A stretch of 64,000 nt of DNA from Yuukianura sp. NJ FZ-2021 (taxonomy: Eukaryota). The notes below the pieces were generated by a model. It saw nothing but the letters and a program-made list of their open reading frames with translations, had not been told where the DNA came from and did not search any database. The stretch covers positions 5,518,001 to 5,582,000 of the forward strand of contig CM102287.1 in assembly GCA_046563655.1 (NCBI GenBank). The letters are read 5' to 3'. Shown here one piece after another: positions 14,601 to 26,102 of this stretch. Both the position numbers and the translations under genes were made by a program. Within the stretch, counting starts at the first letter, position 1; every line of letters starts with the position of its first letter.

Positions 14601-17600
14601 ATGCAATGTCTAAACCATTTGAAAATTGCGCAGAAGCATTACCGTCTCAGATATTTTCACTTTTCACTTCAACAATACAAAATACAAACAAAAATTCGTA
14701 TTTTCTGAATCCGAATTCGAATCCGAATTTTCTGACTTTGAGCTGATAACTGCAACCTTCATTTGTGACCTGCGTGCAACGGCAGAAAAAAAATAAGCAT
14801 TCAGATTTTAAGTTTCACGTCAATCAGAATTTTAAGGGACTCGAATTTGGTAAAATTCAAAAAAAGAAATAATAGTTTGATAAACTCCATGTAGCCATTC
14901 AATTTCATTCTTAAATTTTACGCAAGTTCTTTTTTCGGCGTGTGTTTTCTGGACGAATGAATGAGCATCTGCTAGGCTATTTGTAAGAGAAAGTCCGAGA
15001 TAGAGGATGAGAACTCAGGGTAACAATAGAACTCACAGAGTGGCACAACGGAGTCATAACTTCCATTTTACAATTTACTAAGCTTCCGTTCCCCTTTCAA
15101 TTCAAATTTACTGTATTATGCTTTTGTACTTTCATTAGACTCGGAGACTAGCCTCCTCCGTGAAGCATATTCTGTAAACTAAGATGGGCAAAACAAAAGA
15201 ATTTAAGTCTCTTATGGTAATGAAGTGACAGTTGGAGTAGAATTTAGACCAGAACTCAAGTGGGGACCAACAAGGGAGTGGAAGGGGGTAAATTTTTTAT
15301 TTTTCATTAACCTGATCAAGTCCCCACATCCACTTCAAATGGAAAAGCCCAGCCCTCCAACAATGGCAACCGGAAGTTAGGAGGATGGAGTCAACCCCTG
15401 CCACACATTTCGTTCTTAGTACTTGGGAAGCAGATGGGCCGATTTTTAGGAAAAGTTTGAACTACCCTCTTCAACTTTGAGAACAATGAAAACAATCCAT
15501 GCATAAAAACCATGGAGGACGACGTCCTGGATGGGAATAATCATGGTGGCTCCATTGAATTCTTCTTTAAGAGTGGCCACGACTACATCGGAAAATTTTA
15601 ATACGCCTGTTGAACATAAGCTTTGAATCGCTGATTTCAGATTTCGAAGCGCCAGATTGGACAAGCGCTAGTGAATGACATAAATTGAGGAAATCTGTAA
15701 CCCCGGTGAAAGTACTTGGAGAAAGTCTTTTTGAATTTGAGCGCCACCTACCAAAAACGCGGGAACTTCAAAAAGAGAAAGTGGATTGAGCTTTCACCGC
15801 CCAAACACAGAATGTGTTCTCAACTTTCTCCAATTCTAAAAACTTTATTTCAAGAACCTGCTAAGAAAAACTAGGAATACTATTTGATGAATCCTGAACA
15901 ATATGGTTTGTGTAATTTTTTCTTCAAAAAAACTTCACAAAAAATGTTAGAAATGAAACTTTAGTCAGGAGAACTTCGTTTCAAATTGTAAGAAATCATC
16001 GCAGAGTGGGATTGTGCTGACCGTAAAGTCAAGTAATTTGTTCCAGACAAGCTTTCTTTAATTTGAAAAACCTACTAAACTCTTGGAAAAGAATGCATTT
16101 TCTGCTTATTGCTGGAGTGGGACGTGATCATGATGTGTGAGTGAAGCACATCAACTGGTCATGGCCCTGGAATTCAAGAACGTGAAGGAGCTGTCTTCTT
16201 CAAGATCTCTTCAGATCATCATCCCCTTGTCATAAGTTAGGAAAAGGGGTAAAAAGTAGACTCAAATGAGCAACTATAAGCAACTCGGACTTCAACTGTT
16301 CTTCTTCTCCACAGAAGGTGAACGGACCAGGAATATTAAATTATGAAAAACTGAAATCAATTCTCCTTGGCTTCGTACAATAAAAGAAAGGCATGAACTT
16401 CACAGATCAAGAATAAGACGAGCTGTGTTAGAAGTTTAGTTGTGAGTTCAATTGTTCAAATGATGAAAGGCCTCCTAGCGTCTCCAAAATCCACAAAACT
16501 CACCAATTACAATTCTAACATTTGTTGGACAGGAGGAAGAAGCCTCCTTGGTCGCATAACAATGAGAAGATGGACTCAGAACCTCCTCACTCGTTACACT
16601 TCATGTTTATCACCATCATCTTCATCAGTCATCCTCAACTGCCTCCTCTTCCTTTTTCCAGAAAAAAAATGCTGTTCCAAGACTAACATTTATTACTGGC
16701 GTTTCGAAATTTATTAGTTTCGGTTCAGAATTCAATTTGTTTAACCTTTTTCTGAACCATCGAGAGCTGTAATTCAAAAGAAATAGATACAACTGCATCT
16801 AAAATTTCAGTTGCAGTTCAGTTCGTAATTCAAAATCGGCGTCTTAAAACTTCATTTCTAAAAAGCTCCGCTCAAAATGCAACAATTGACATCCTGTCAC
16901 CCCTTCACCTTTGCCATTGAATTCGGCAATTGAATATAAATGCATAATTACACAGGATTGGAAATTGGTAAAGAAGCCGACTGAATACAGTTGTAAATAG
17001 TTACTTCCGCCGAAAGCCCTTAAGCATAAACACTTTTGGAAATGAATTAACACTGACACAAAGACACAACAATCATTCCTCCTTGTCACATTCGTTCTAT
17101 TTTCGGATGTCATTTTAAGTCTTGCCTTATAATTATGTTTGATGCGCACAAGAAACATAACACGGTTTTGCAACGCGCATGCAACACGATATCAACTACC
17201 GTTACGGAATTTGAAAGCAAAAAATTTCCGAAAAGTGTCACAATTTCAATCTTTCCAAAATTTCAAAATTCCAAAACTGGTTGAACATCTCTGCTGTTGA
17301 ATGTTGAAACCATTTCCGAAAACTACAGAATTTTTGAAAATCTTTTGCTTTTCCAGAAATAAGTTCTTAAAATATAAAATATGGTGCGTAAAAGGCTACT
17401 TTGACATTCGAGAGCATCAAATTTAAGGGCTACTTTTTCTAAAACTTTTAAAAAATCAATGGAGCATGAATACGGAATACGCAAAAAAAAGTTATGCCGG
17501 CATAACATTGTTTTTGCTGCATCCAAGTCTCAGTTTTCTCAGTTTACATAAAACAGTACATCTACTCAAGTTTCTTTCTAAATAAAGTCCAATGTCAAAA

Positions 17601-18660
17601 AGCTCACAAAAGTCATGACAGAGTCACATCACATCTTCTCTGTCATGACTCTAATCCCAGACATAATCGAAATGCGTCAGATGAAACTAAACATGATCTT
17701 GAAGTGGAGAGAGAGTAGGGTTACATCATTTGCAAAACTCAATTTCATGGTCCTCGGGAATTGGAACATTATTTGAATAAGCAACTCACAATCGATTCCC
17801 ATTGTCACTCAATTCCTTTCCTTTCACTTTCTAAGTCTCTCCAAGGAAATTGGACTTTTAATTTGATTTACACCAAGAGTGATGCTCATCGCAGAATTAA
17901 TTTTTGACTCTTGCTCAAAGGTTGCACAAGACGAAGCTTAAAATTCCGCCGCCAGTGAAAATGCACGCGCTTGCCTTGTCGAACAGCATCTTTTGACACG
18001 GACGGAATGAGATCATCACAAATTCACTTGCCAGAAGATGACAAAGATTGAAGGAGTTGCATTGGGAGAGGATTACAATTAAGTGCAAATCTTATCAGGC
18101 TCAGAGATCAAAGAAAACACAATGAGTATTCACACTTCTTTGATTACCAATTCCTCGAGGACGTGCATTAGGAATGACTCTAAAACCTTCCAGTTCAATG
18201 CCCATCGCCTCAACGAGTTACAAAACAAACAGGTAATTGCCAACAGGCAACAGGAATTCCAACACTTGACTTCATTAGCAGCACAGGAAATGTTAAAACA
18301 ATGAAATACAGTTAGGTCTTAACTCAGACTCATCTTCGCAGTTCATTTGCGAACTGAAAAAAATTACCGCTTCTCATCGCAAAATCATTCCAATGTTTTT
18401 GAAAATTTCTGTTTTGAAGTTGCAAATTAGTTTCAAATTGAAAAAAGTGTAAAATACAGAATAGGATTTTAAAATTGCATGAGATTCATACATATTTAAT
18501 GTAAACGCCATTTGGATTTTCCGCCAAATCACACTTCTGGAAACTGTTATTCACAGTTCGCGTAGCACAAAAACGACGGGTTGTTTCATAACTCCAAAAT
18601 TCAAAATCCAAATTCAATTTCAAAGTTCAATTCGAAGTTCAAAATATTTTTAGGTTCAAA

Positions 18661-18771
18661 TGGTCCGGCCCATTTTTAAAAATCTTTTTCAAATTGGTGG
18701 TCCGGCCCATTTTTAAAAATCTTTTTCAAATTGGTGGTCCGGCCCATTTTAAAAAATCTTTTTCAAATTGG
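18661..18771. repeat. Tandem repeat, 3 x 37 bp (TGGTCCGGCCCATTTTTAAAAATCTTTTTCAAATTGG)
   Basis: Copies start at 18661, 18698 and 18735; one substitution in copy 3; no spacers. Confidence 0.97.
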
Positions 18772-20240
18772 AATACTCTTAATTTGGACCAGTATTAATT
18801 TTACAATTATGAACAACCTAACTGAATCGTAGCCGCATATAGTATGTAGGCGATTTTTGATGTTTTAGTGTTCGGTTTTTAAACCCTTATCTCTGACAAA
18901 TGAACAAGGAACACTTCAATGTCGAAAGTTTCCCTAGAAGTAAAATTCCGTCTAGAAAGTACTACAGTCATGAATCCAGAAATAAGATCTATTGTTCAGA
19001 GGCGCCATGCTACTTTCCTATTATTTACATTTCCATCCCCCCACCTTTAGTATCTCATGTTCAGTTGAAGATGGTTTAGTAAGTCAAATTGAAAGTTCCA
19101 CTGCCCCATTCATCTCCTTCTCCGGCTTAATTCCATCCAATTATCAACAGAATACAAATTGGCCAGACTGGAACAACTTTAAACTGGTCATCCTCCTCTC
19201 TCAAAAGCCACTTTCAGAACAGGGTAAGAAGATAGGGTTTTAGGAATACATAATCCATCCACACCCACTTTCACCTCAGCATCTTAAACACATCTCTCTC
19301 CTTCTTCCACTTACCAAGTAATAAAACCCGCCCTCGGACTCTGCAACTAATCCATTTGTTCTAACCAACACTCGGAAATGCATCATCTTATCAAATTACA
19401 TAAAAGTTACAACAAACAAAGCGTGCTCAATGTTTGTTTCTTAAAATTCAGACAGCCTATGAGTAATGTATCATTATTTAGTTTCCACTAAAACATCCAT
19501 TTCATCTTCCATCATCTCCACAATCCTCTCCTTTCATTCTAAATTACTGTTTTCAAAATACGAATAAATCAAATTCAAAAAAACCGACTTTTTAAAAAAT
19601 CAGAAACAAACTACACGCCACGATCTCGTCTCCTCAACCTTCAGCTTCGCTTTCGCTTTTAGCGGCATATGCAATCAATTCTCATTCAAAAAATTCAAAC
19701 TTCTCACTTTTCAATTTAGAATTTTTATTTAGAAAATTAACACTTTTCACTTCTCATTGAAAATTAAAACTTTTCAAATTCCTGATTCACGAAATTTGAG
19801 AGAATTTTTCTTTTCTTTTTTCATGTTTGATTTCAAGTTTCTTTTCAAATTTTGTTACAAAAAGTAGCAGTAAAGTGAAGGACCCTGTGAAACATGTTTG
19901 GCCTAATCACAAGTTTGAATCTAAAGGATCACTTCATTGACTGCCCTTGTACAAAACAGAGACTCCAAAACATGTTGCAGTTATTGTCAATTCATCATCC
20001 CAAAGGCAAACTTTGGTTTTCAGAAATCAATCCTATCTGATCCAGAAAGTGTCCCTGGGAAGTTTATTCCAGCAGCACAAACTAGAAACAACCCCTGGAT
20101 TCAAAATTTATGATTTTATGCGATCTGTGAGAATGATGTTGAAGGAGAACAAGAAGATCTTATCCTCATCTTCAATTGACATCTTCAAAGACCCATTCTG
20201 CTCCCTCTCCATTCATCTAAACCAATCCCCTCTTTCCACT

Positions 20241-20435
20241 TAAATCCAGAATAAATCCGGTCGTAACCCGGAGTATACGAAAGTAGCGAAGCACTTGAGC
20301 TTTGACCCGGAAGGAGTTGACCCACCGGGATGATATTCAATAGTGAACATCACCGGGTCACTAGGTGTCCACCGGTGAAAACAGATCCCGGAAATGTTGA
20401 ACGGTTTCCGAGATAATCGCCGCTGACGGCCGGCC

Positions 20436-20482
<47 letters not shown>

Positions 20483-20515
20483 GCCAAACCAATAAGTAGC
20501 TTCGCTACTTAATAA
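20241..20515 (-). mobile_element. Non-autonomous Helentron-associated element (HINE / DINE-1-like), about 275 bp
   Basis: Read on the minus strand: 5' palindromic subterminal repeat (plus-strand AAGTAGCTTCGCTACTT, 20494-20510), a (GTCT)n microsatellite, an inverted copy of the subterminal repeat (AAGTAGCGAAGC, 20281-20292), a 3' hairpin TCCGG-N7-CCGGA (20256-20272), then a T-rich end. This is the DINE-1/HINE layout. Ends are approximate. Confidence 0.78.
20435..20480. repeat. (CAGA)11.5 microsatellite inside the HINE-like element
   Basis: Perfect tetranucleotide run, read directly. Confidence 0.97.
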
Positions 20516-23500
20516 TTTAGCGCTGACCCTCAAGGGCCCCGGGCTTTTTCAAATCAACTACAAAGAAATAGTGTGCATGCGTCCAGGAACAATTGGGAGC
20601 TGGTTGTGTGCTGCACTGGACAAATCATCATAACTTCAAAGCCCTTCTGGAACCAGTCAGTCGTTCAATGTCACCGAAAATATCACTCAGAATTTCTGAA
20701 GTGTTTCCCTGCTCCAATTTGAATTCAATTTAACCTTCATCAGGCGTCTGGCCCAAGCGATCGGTCGCTGTTCAAAGTCCATCGACATTGAACATTGAAA
20801 AAAGAATGCCCAAAGTCGTAAATGCACAGCCGAAAGGCCACTGCAGCGTAAATGTCGGTCGTTCGTAGTTTTGCCGATTGCTGAACTCTCGCGGACGGTT
20901 CCATGCGGACAACATTGGACGGTTTCTAGTTCCGGAACGGCATCGACGTACATAATCCAAAATTAACCTTAAATGCCGTACATAACAGTACGGTTCGCAA
21001 GTATCGGTCGGTGAGTTACCGTGAAAGAAAGCCTGGTAACGGTTTTGTCAGTTCCATAAATGAAGCAATGGGGACCGACTATAAGTTTAGTAAGCTTTTG
21101 AGCAAACAGTGAAACTGACATGATTGTCATGTCATCACTCTATTCTCTACTCATTCGAAAGGTCATCCGCTCCTTCCGCTTAGACCACCATTCACCGACT
21201 GTCTCTAAATTAGACAGGATCCGTCCATAGTTGGTCATTACGAGACTGTTCGTCACCACCCCCAAACCTCTAGACCTCACATCCAATTCCATTTAGGCGT
21301 ATTCAATTTGAACTTCAAAGGAAAATATGGCATTTTGTCAAAACGGAAAAAACACAATGACACAATGGATCCCTGTCATTCCCTGTATTTCTCAAATTAT
21401 GAACCATTTTTCCAACAAATTATTCCATCCCAATCACAACACAGGATTTACCACGCGTCCTGTTTCCCTTAAACTGTCAACGCTTTTTGAAAAGCTTAGG
21501 TTTTTCACAAAATAGGAAAAAGAAAAACATTCAAACTAAAAAAGAATCCCGTTCACCCCAAAACTTTTTGTATTCAATCGACCGAGAAAATTTTGGGCAA
21601 AAAATGTTTTGTAAAAATACGGAAATCCATAATCCCACAAACGGCTATTCTCAATTTTCAAAAAATTTGAAAAACTTTTCTGGTTTGTTCTCTCTTTACC
21701 CTCAACTATGTAATAAGCTCGTTACGTTCAAATTGGATTAAGACTCGGTTAGGCCACTTTCTCCTTGACATGGCAGATGCACGGCCTCATTGTACTCTAT
21801 GGTAAAAGCATAGGTTATGTTACGCTGAACATAGCATATTGGTAGATGGTGGCTGTGGTGTTGGAGACTCCAGTGCATCCCTAATGGTCTCATTTCCATT
21901 ACAAATGATTCAAATGAAAATGTTTACCCTGGAGCCATTCCCCCAAAAACGCTTCAATTTCTGTTCCGGTTCAAGCGGGATATTAAAAACCAAAACTCTG
22001 GAAAATAGACTTTAGAATTATTTCCAAAATTTCCATTTTCTCTTTTTGATTAACTTTCTCAATCCACTTCTTTCCCCCTTTCTGCTGAGCTTTCAGTTTA
22101 TCCTCCATTCTCTCTCATAGTATTCTGACAAAGGTTAGTATTTTAATGAACTAAAATCCAGTGACATCATACTGAGAAGCCATTAGCCCTTGAACTGCAG
22201 AGGGTCCCTTAGAATTGAGAAGCCCTTATTTACTAGTCAAGGGGCAGAAGAAGGGACAGGTAAAAAGCGTATTTACTTTAAAGTTTTTTCGAATCAAGGA
22301 TCTGTATCATTCCGGTTCGGAGGACATTCAAGAGGAAGTTGACATGGGACAGAGAGGACAGGAGGTCACAAAAGGAACGCTGCTCCACAAGATGAAAGGC
22401 TCAGTGGGTACTTCGAAATCAAAAAAGAGTATACAATTGATCCTGAACAAGGTCTAAGGGCTCTCAGTTGGAACAAATAGCCCTTTTGGATGACAAATTC
22501 AACCCCTTCGGCCTTTGAAAAAAAAACGAAGGGGTGAGTTTGAAAAAAACTCACCCCCTTTGAGATTATGGAGTTCTAGGGATGCACAGCTTCCCACTAT
22601 GGGGTAAACATAGAGTTCATCAAATCTTGATTTGGTGACACTCGGAGAGTAGATGCATCCGAACCCGGGACTTTTAATTTTGCAAACATCAGAAACTCCG
22701 AACCGCCGTACCGACTACCAAATCCGACAAGAATCTCTGCTTGCAGTCTGTTCTGTGCCCAAAGCAAACAAACTTTTTGTTCAATCTCTCTGCAGAGGGG
22801 ACAACCGGCTTATTTAAAGGTTAGGTTATACGATCTGGAGTTCCTGCTCAACCGAAGAATGTGACAAAATACAAAGGCAGTACTCGACACAAAAAGATCT
22901 CTCGAGAGACTTCGAATGCAGTCTTGAGTCCTTTAAATTTTTTGAACAATGTAAAAATTGGATTGAATGTTATGCCGACGACAGAACGGAGGCAGAGGGG
23001 AACATCGTTCTAGCTAATTCAATTCCCATTCTCTTTTGTGTCATCTTTGCCAAAGACTAACCGAAAGGAAGTTGAAAAATCGATCAAGAGATACTTTTGT
23101 AAAAACCGGATTTTGATTGAAGGTAATAGGAAGCAGTAGAAGAAGCTGGAGCGGAAGATCCTTTGAAAAATTAAAAAATGAGAGCCCAAATCCGAGAAAG
23201 ATTTCTTCAAAATTTTATATTTCTGAGCTTCACGAATAATTTTTGTAAGAGGAACTCTCGAATCATCTGAAAAGTTAGAAGCGCTGTGCTGCTGGGAGGC
23301 AGCGTTTTTTGAATTTGTATTTGAATAATACGCTCTTACACTTGAGCGTTAAGGATTATGGAAAAACGGCGCGTCCTTTTTCAAATCCCTCAAAAAAGTT
23401 GCCAAGGGCTGAGTAAACACGGAACGAAGATTCGAAAGACTTTCCTTTTCAATTTCAAAATTTTATCCAAAAAAAAACGTAACTCTTTAAAGAGAAATAC

Positions 23501-25544
23501 ACAAATACGATTATTAAAATCTATTTTTGAATGAGTTTCCAAAAACGAAAACTTTGAAGCCCAAAGCAAAATATTCCCCAACTTCCAAATTTTCTCCCAA
23601 GTCCAAAAAAATCCGAAATTTTATACACTCCATGCAACGCAGTATACTAAAAGTTTAGTAAACTTGAAACGCCAAAAAACGTAACATGTAATGCTCAAGT
23701 GCGTCTAATCTGATTTTTCTCCCTCCAAAAAACTTTTACTCCAAAACGTTTTTTGGCACGAAAATGATGTATAACGTTTATGCCCAATTGAACCACTCAT
23801 CATTCCCATTGCAAATCAAAGGAAAATGGCCTTAACACGAAAACCGAAAAGTAAAAGCACTCAAAATTTTATTTTTTGATTGCTCGCAAAAAAATGTGTG
23901 TCCAGAAATGCCAGTTTCTTAAGCATTTTCGAGCCTATTTCTCTCAGAAAAGGAGTAATTCATCATGAGAGAGACTTCAGCGCGACTTCGGAGGTAACAC
24001 GACCACTTCATCATAAATTCCAAAATGGCGTCTCATTACCCACACGCAATCAAACTGCCAAGCACGAAAAAGAGTGACTCTCCGTACCTTTCCCCTTTGT
24101 TATGTGAGAAACACACAACTTTTGGTGTTTCGTCCGTGAAAACCTAACCTTAGTTGGTTTTACGCATACCTTAGAAAGTATTAATTAACTTTTTCCTTTG
24201 CAGGAACAAAAAGGCTCCACCCCATATCCTCAACCCCTTCAACCAAAACCTAACTTTAAAAAAATCTAACCCTAACGTTTCAAAACTAAGCAATTAAATT
24301 CGAATGAAATGACTAATAGAGTACATAGGCAAACAATCTTCCAATTTCTCATCCTCAAAACCGAAAAGGGCCCTCCAGGGTACTTAACCTCACGCAGGGA
24401 TTCATCTGGTAAAACAAAGGGAGGGAATAGGGTGATGGGGGCGATAAGTCATAAATAAAGGGCTACCCCGCTCCCTGTCCACACACAAAAGGAAGCTGTT
24501 CAAACAACAGCAGGATTTATGCCTCTCCAAACTCTTAAAATTTAGTTTTTAGAACAGGATTTGAACAGTTTCGTAACTTCTGACCCTTAACTTTGTTCAA
24601 AGTCCTAATAAGGGCCTCTCGTGAGGGCGGGTTCTCCTGATTGAAAACGCTGATGGTGACAGCTCGAGGAAAATCCAGCGTTTAATCAGACCCCTCAATC
24701 GCTTCCAATTCAATTCAAAAACGCAGAAGAGCTTCCTTTTCACTATTTTATAATGATGAGACGCTTTTGGAAATTTTAAGGCTAGAAGGAAGTTTGACTA
24801 ATAAAAATCTTGAGGTACCCTCAAGCACATGTAAAACGCAACATTCAAACCGTGCAGCTCGCAGGAAACAGTTTTTTGAAAACTTTTTTGAAAATGGGCA
24901 TAGCCTATGATTAGGTTTCCTCTTTTCTCTGGATAAGATCCGGAGGTGGTTGCTTCTGGTGGTATTTAAATGGGTAATGATGATTATAAATAAAAAAGTC
25001 CCTATTAGAGCTAACACTGATCTTCAACTCAGATACAAAAGTGTATGTAATTCCGTTTCTTTTTCCAATTAGAAAATCTTAAGGGCTCACTTTTATGCTG
25101 TCTCAACTTTAACAGCCACTACAAACACAATTCCAAACATAAAATTATCAAAGACAGGTTGAAACCTTAACCTAAAACATAACCTAAACCACAAAAACCT
25201 AACGTAAAACCACAAAAACGTAAAGCTAAACCACAAAAGCAGCAGAATCTGAAGTAGCTCGTTCTGACTTCTTAGGTGATTATTATCCGGAACAATGGAA
25301 AATGCCTTCACCTGATAAATTTATGACCTAACTTTCTCTGTCAAGGTTCCCAATTTTCTGGAACCTCATTTCGACCAATCAGAAGCCTAGAAATAAAGGC
25401 AGAACGGAACCGAGAGCCATTCCAGATCAAAATCTTGCTCTCACCATTGACATTCCACTGTTCCAAGGAATCTCTTAAATTCAAAATTTTTTACATTCTT
25501 AAAACTCTAACTTTTCAAAATTCTCAAAATCCTCAATTTTGAAA

Positions 25545-26102
25545 ATGCTGGTTGCTATTTTGGTACTTTCGGTTGTACTTGGTCGTGCTTCAAGCTTTGA
25601 AAACGAACCCGGGTGGGAAACAATTATTAGGCGGACTAATTTCCTTGTTCCAACGCAGCACGCTGACATCGTTTACATTGTTCCCCGAGGAGCGAGTTCC
25701 TCCAAATTAACGCGTCAAGTGTCTCGAATCTACCAAATCGCATTTGTCCAGGACGTGAGTCCTGTTCAGAATAACAATGTCTCATTTCCAACTTATCCGC
25801 ACCACTTTTCACACACGACTATTATCGTACTCACATCCCTCACATCTTCAACCTGGGCAAGTATTTTGAACAACACAAATTCAAACACAACCAAATTCAC
25901 TTGGATTTTTACAAATCGAGCACACGCTAATACTTTCCCGATTGAATCGAACATCGTGAATGAAATCTACTATGCCAGCAACTCAACTGTTCATGAGATG
26001 TATAAAATCAAGGAGCGTCTAATTGATCAAGAAGTGACACAAGATGGAATCGTCACAAGACGACTCAATTTCAACCGAGAAGAAATCCGAGTTGCACATG
26101 TT
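25545..26102 (+). CDS. IR exon 1 (signal peptide and N-terminal region)
   Basis: aaaATG start; GTT|gtaag donor; 558 nt; phase 0. Confidence 0.88.

Noticed and set aside
15446..15664. Minus-strand ORF segment NLKSAIQSLCSTGVLKFSD...EEFNG, weakly similar to the missing LSD1 segment NLEFANATPLSTLSLKHWD...FEFTG (8/19 identities)
   Set aside because: The invariant WHFA and WDQDD residues are absent although the true exons are highly conserved, and there is no phase-1 donor at the right place. Such a match is plausible by chance in 55 kb; tblastn would settle it.
18661..18771. 37-bp repeats of CRISPR-like length
   Set aside because: Copies are head-to-tail with no spacers, there are no cas genes, and the context is eukaryotic
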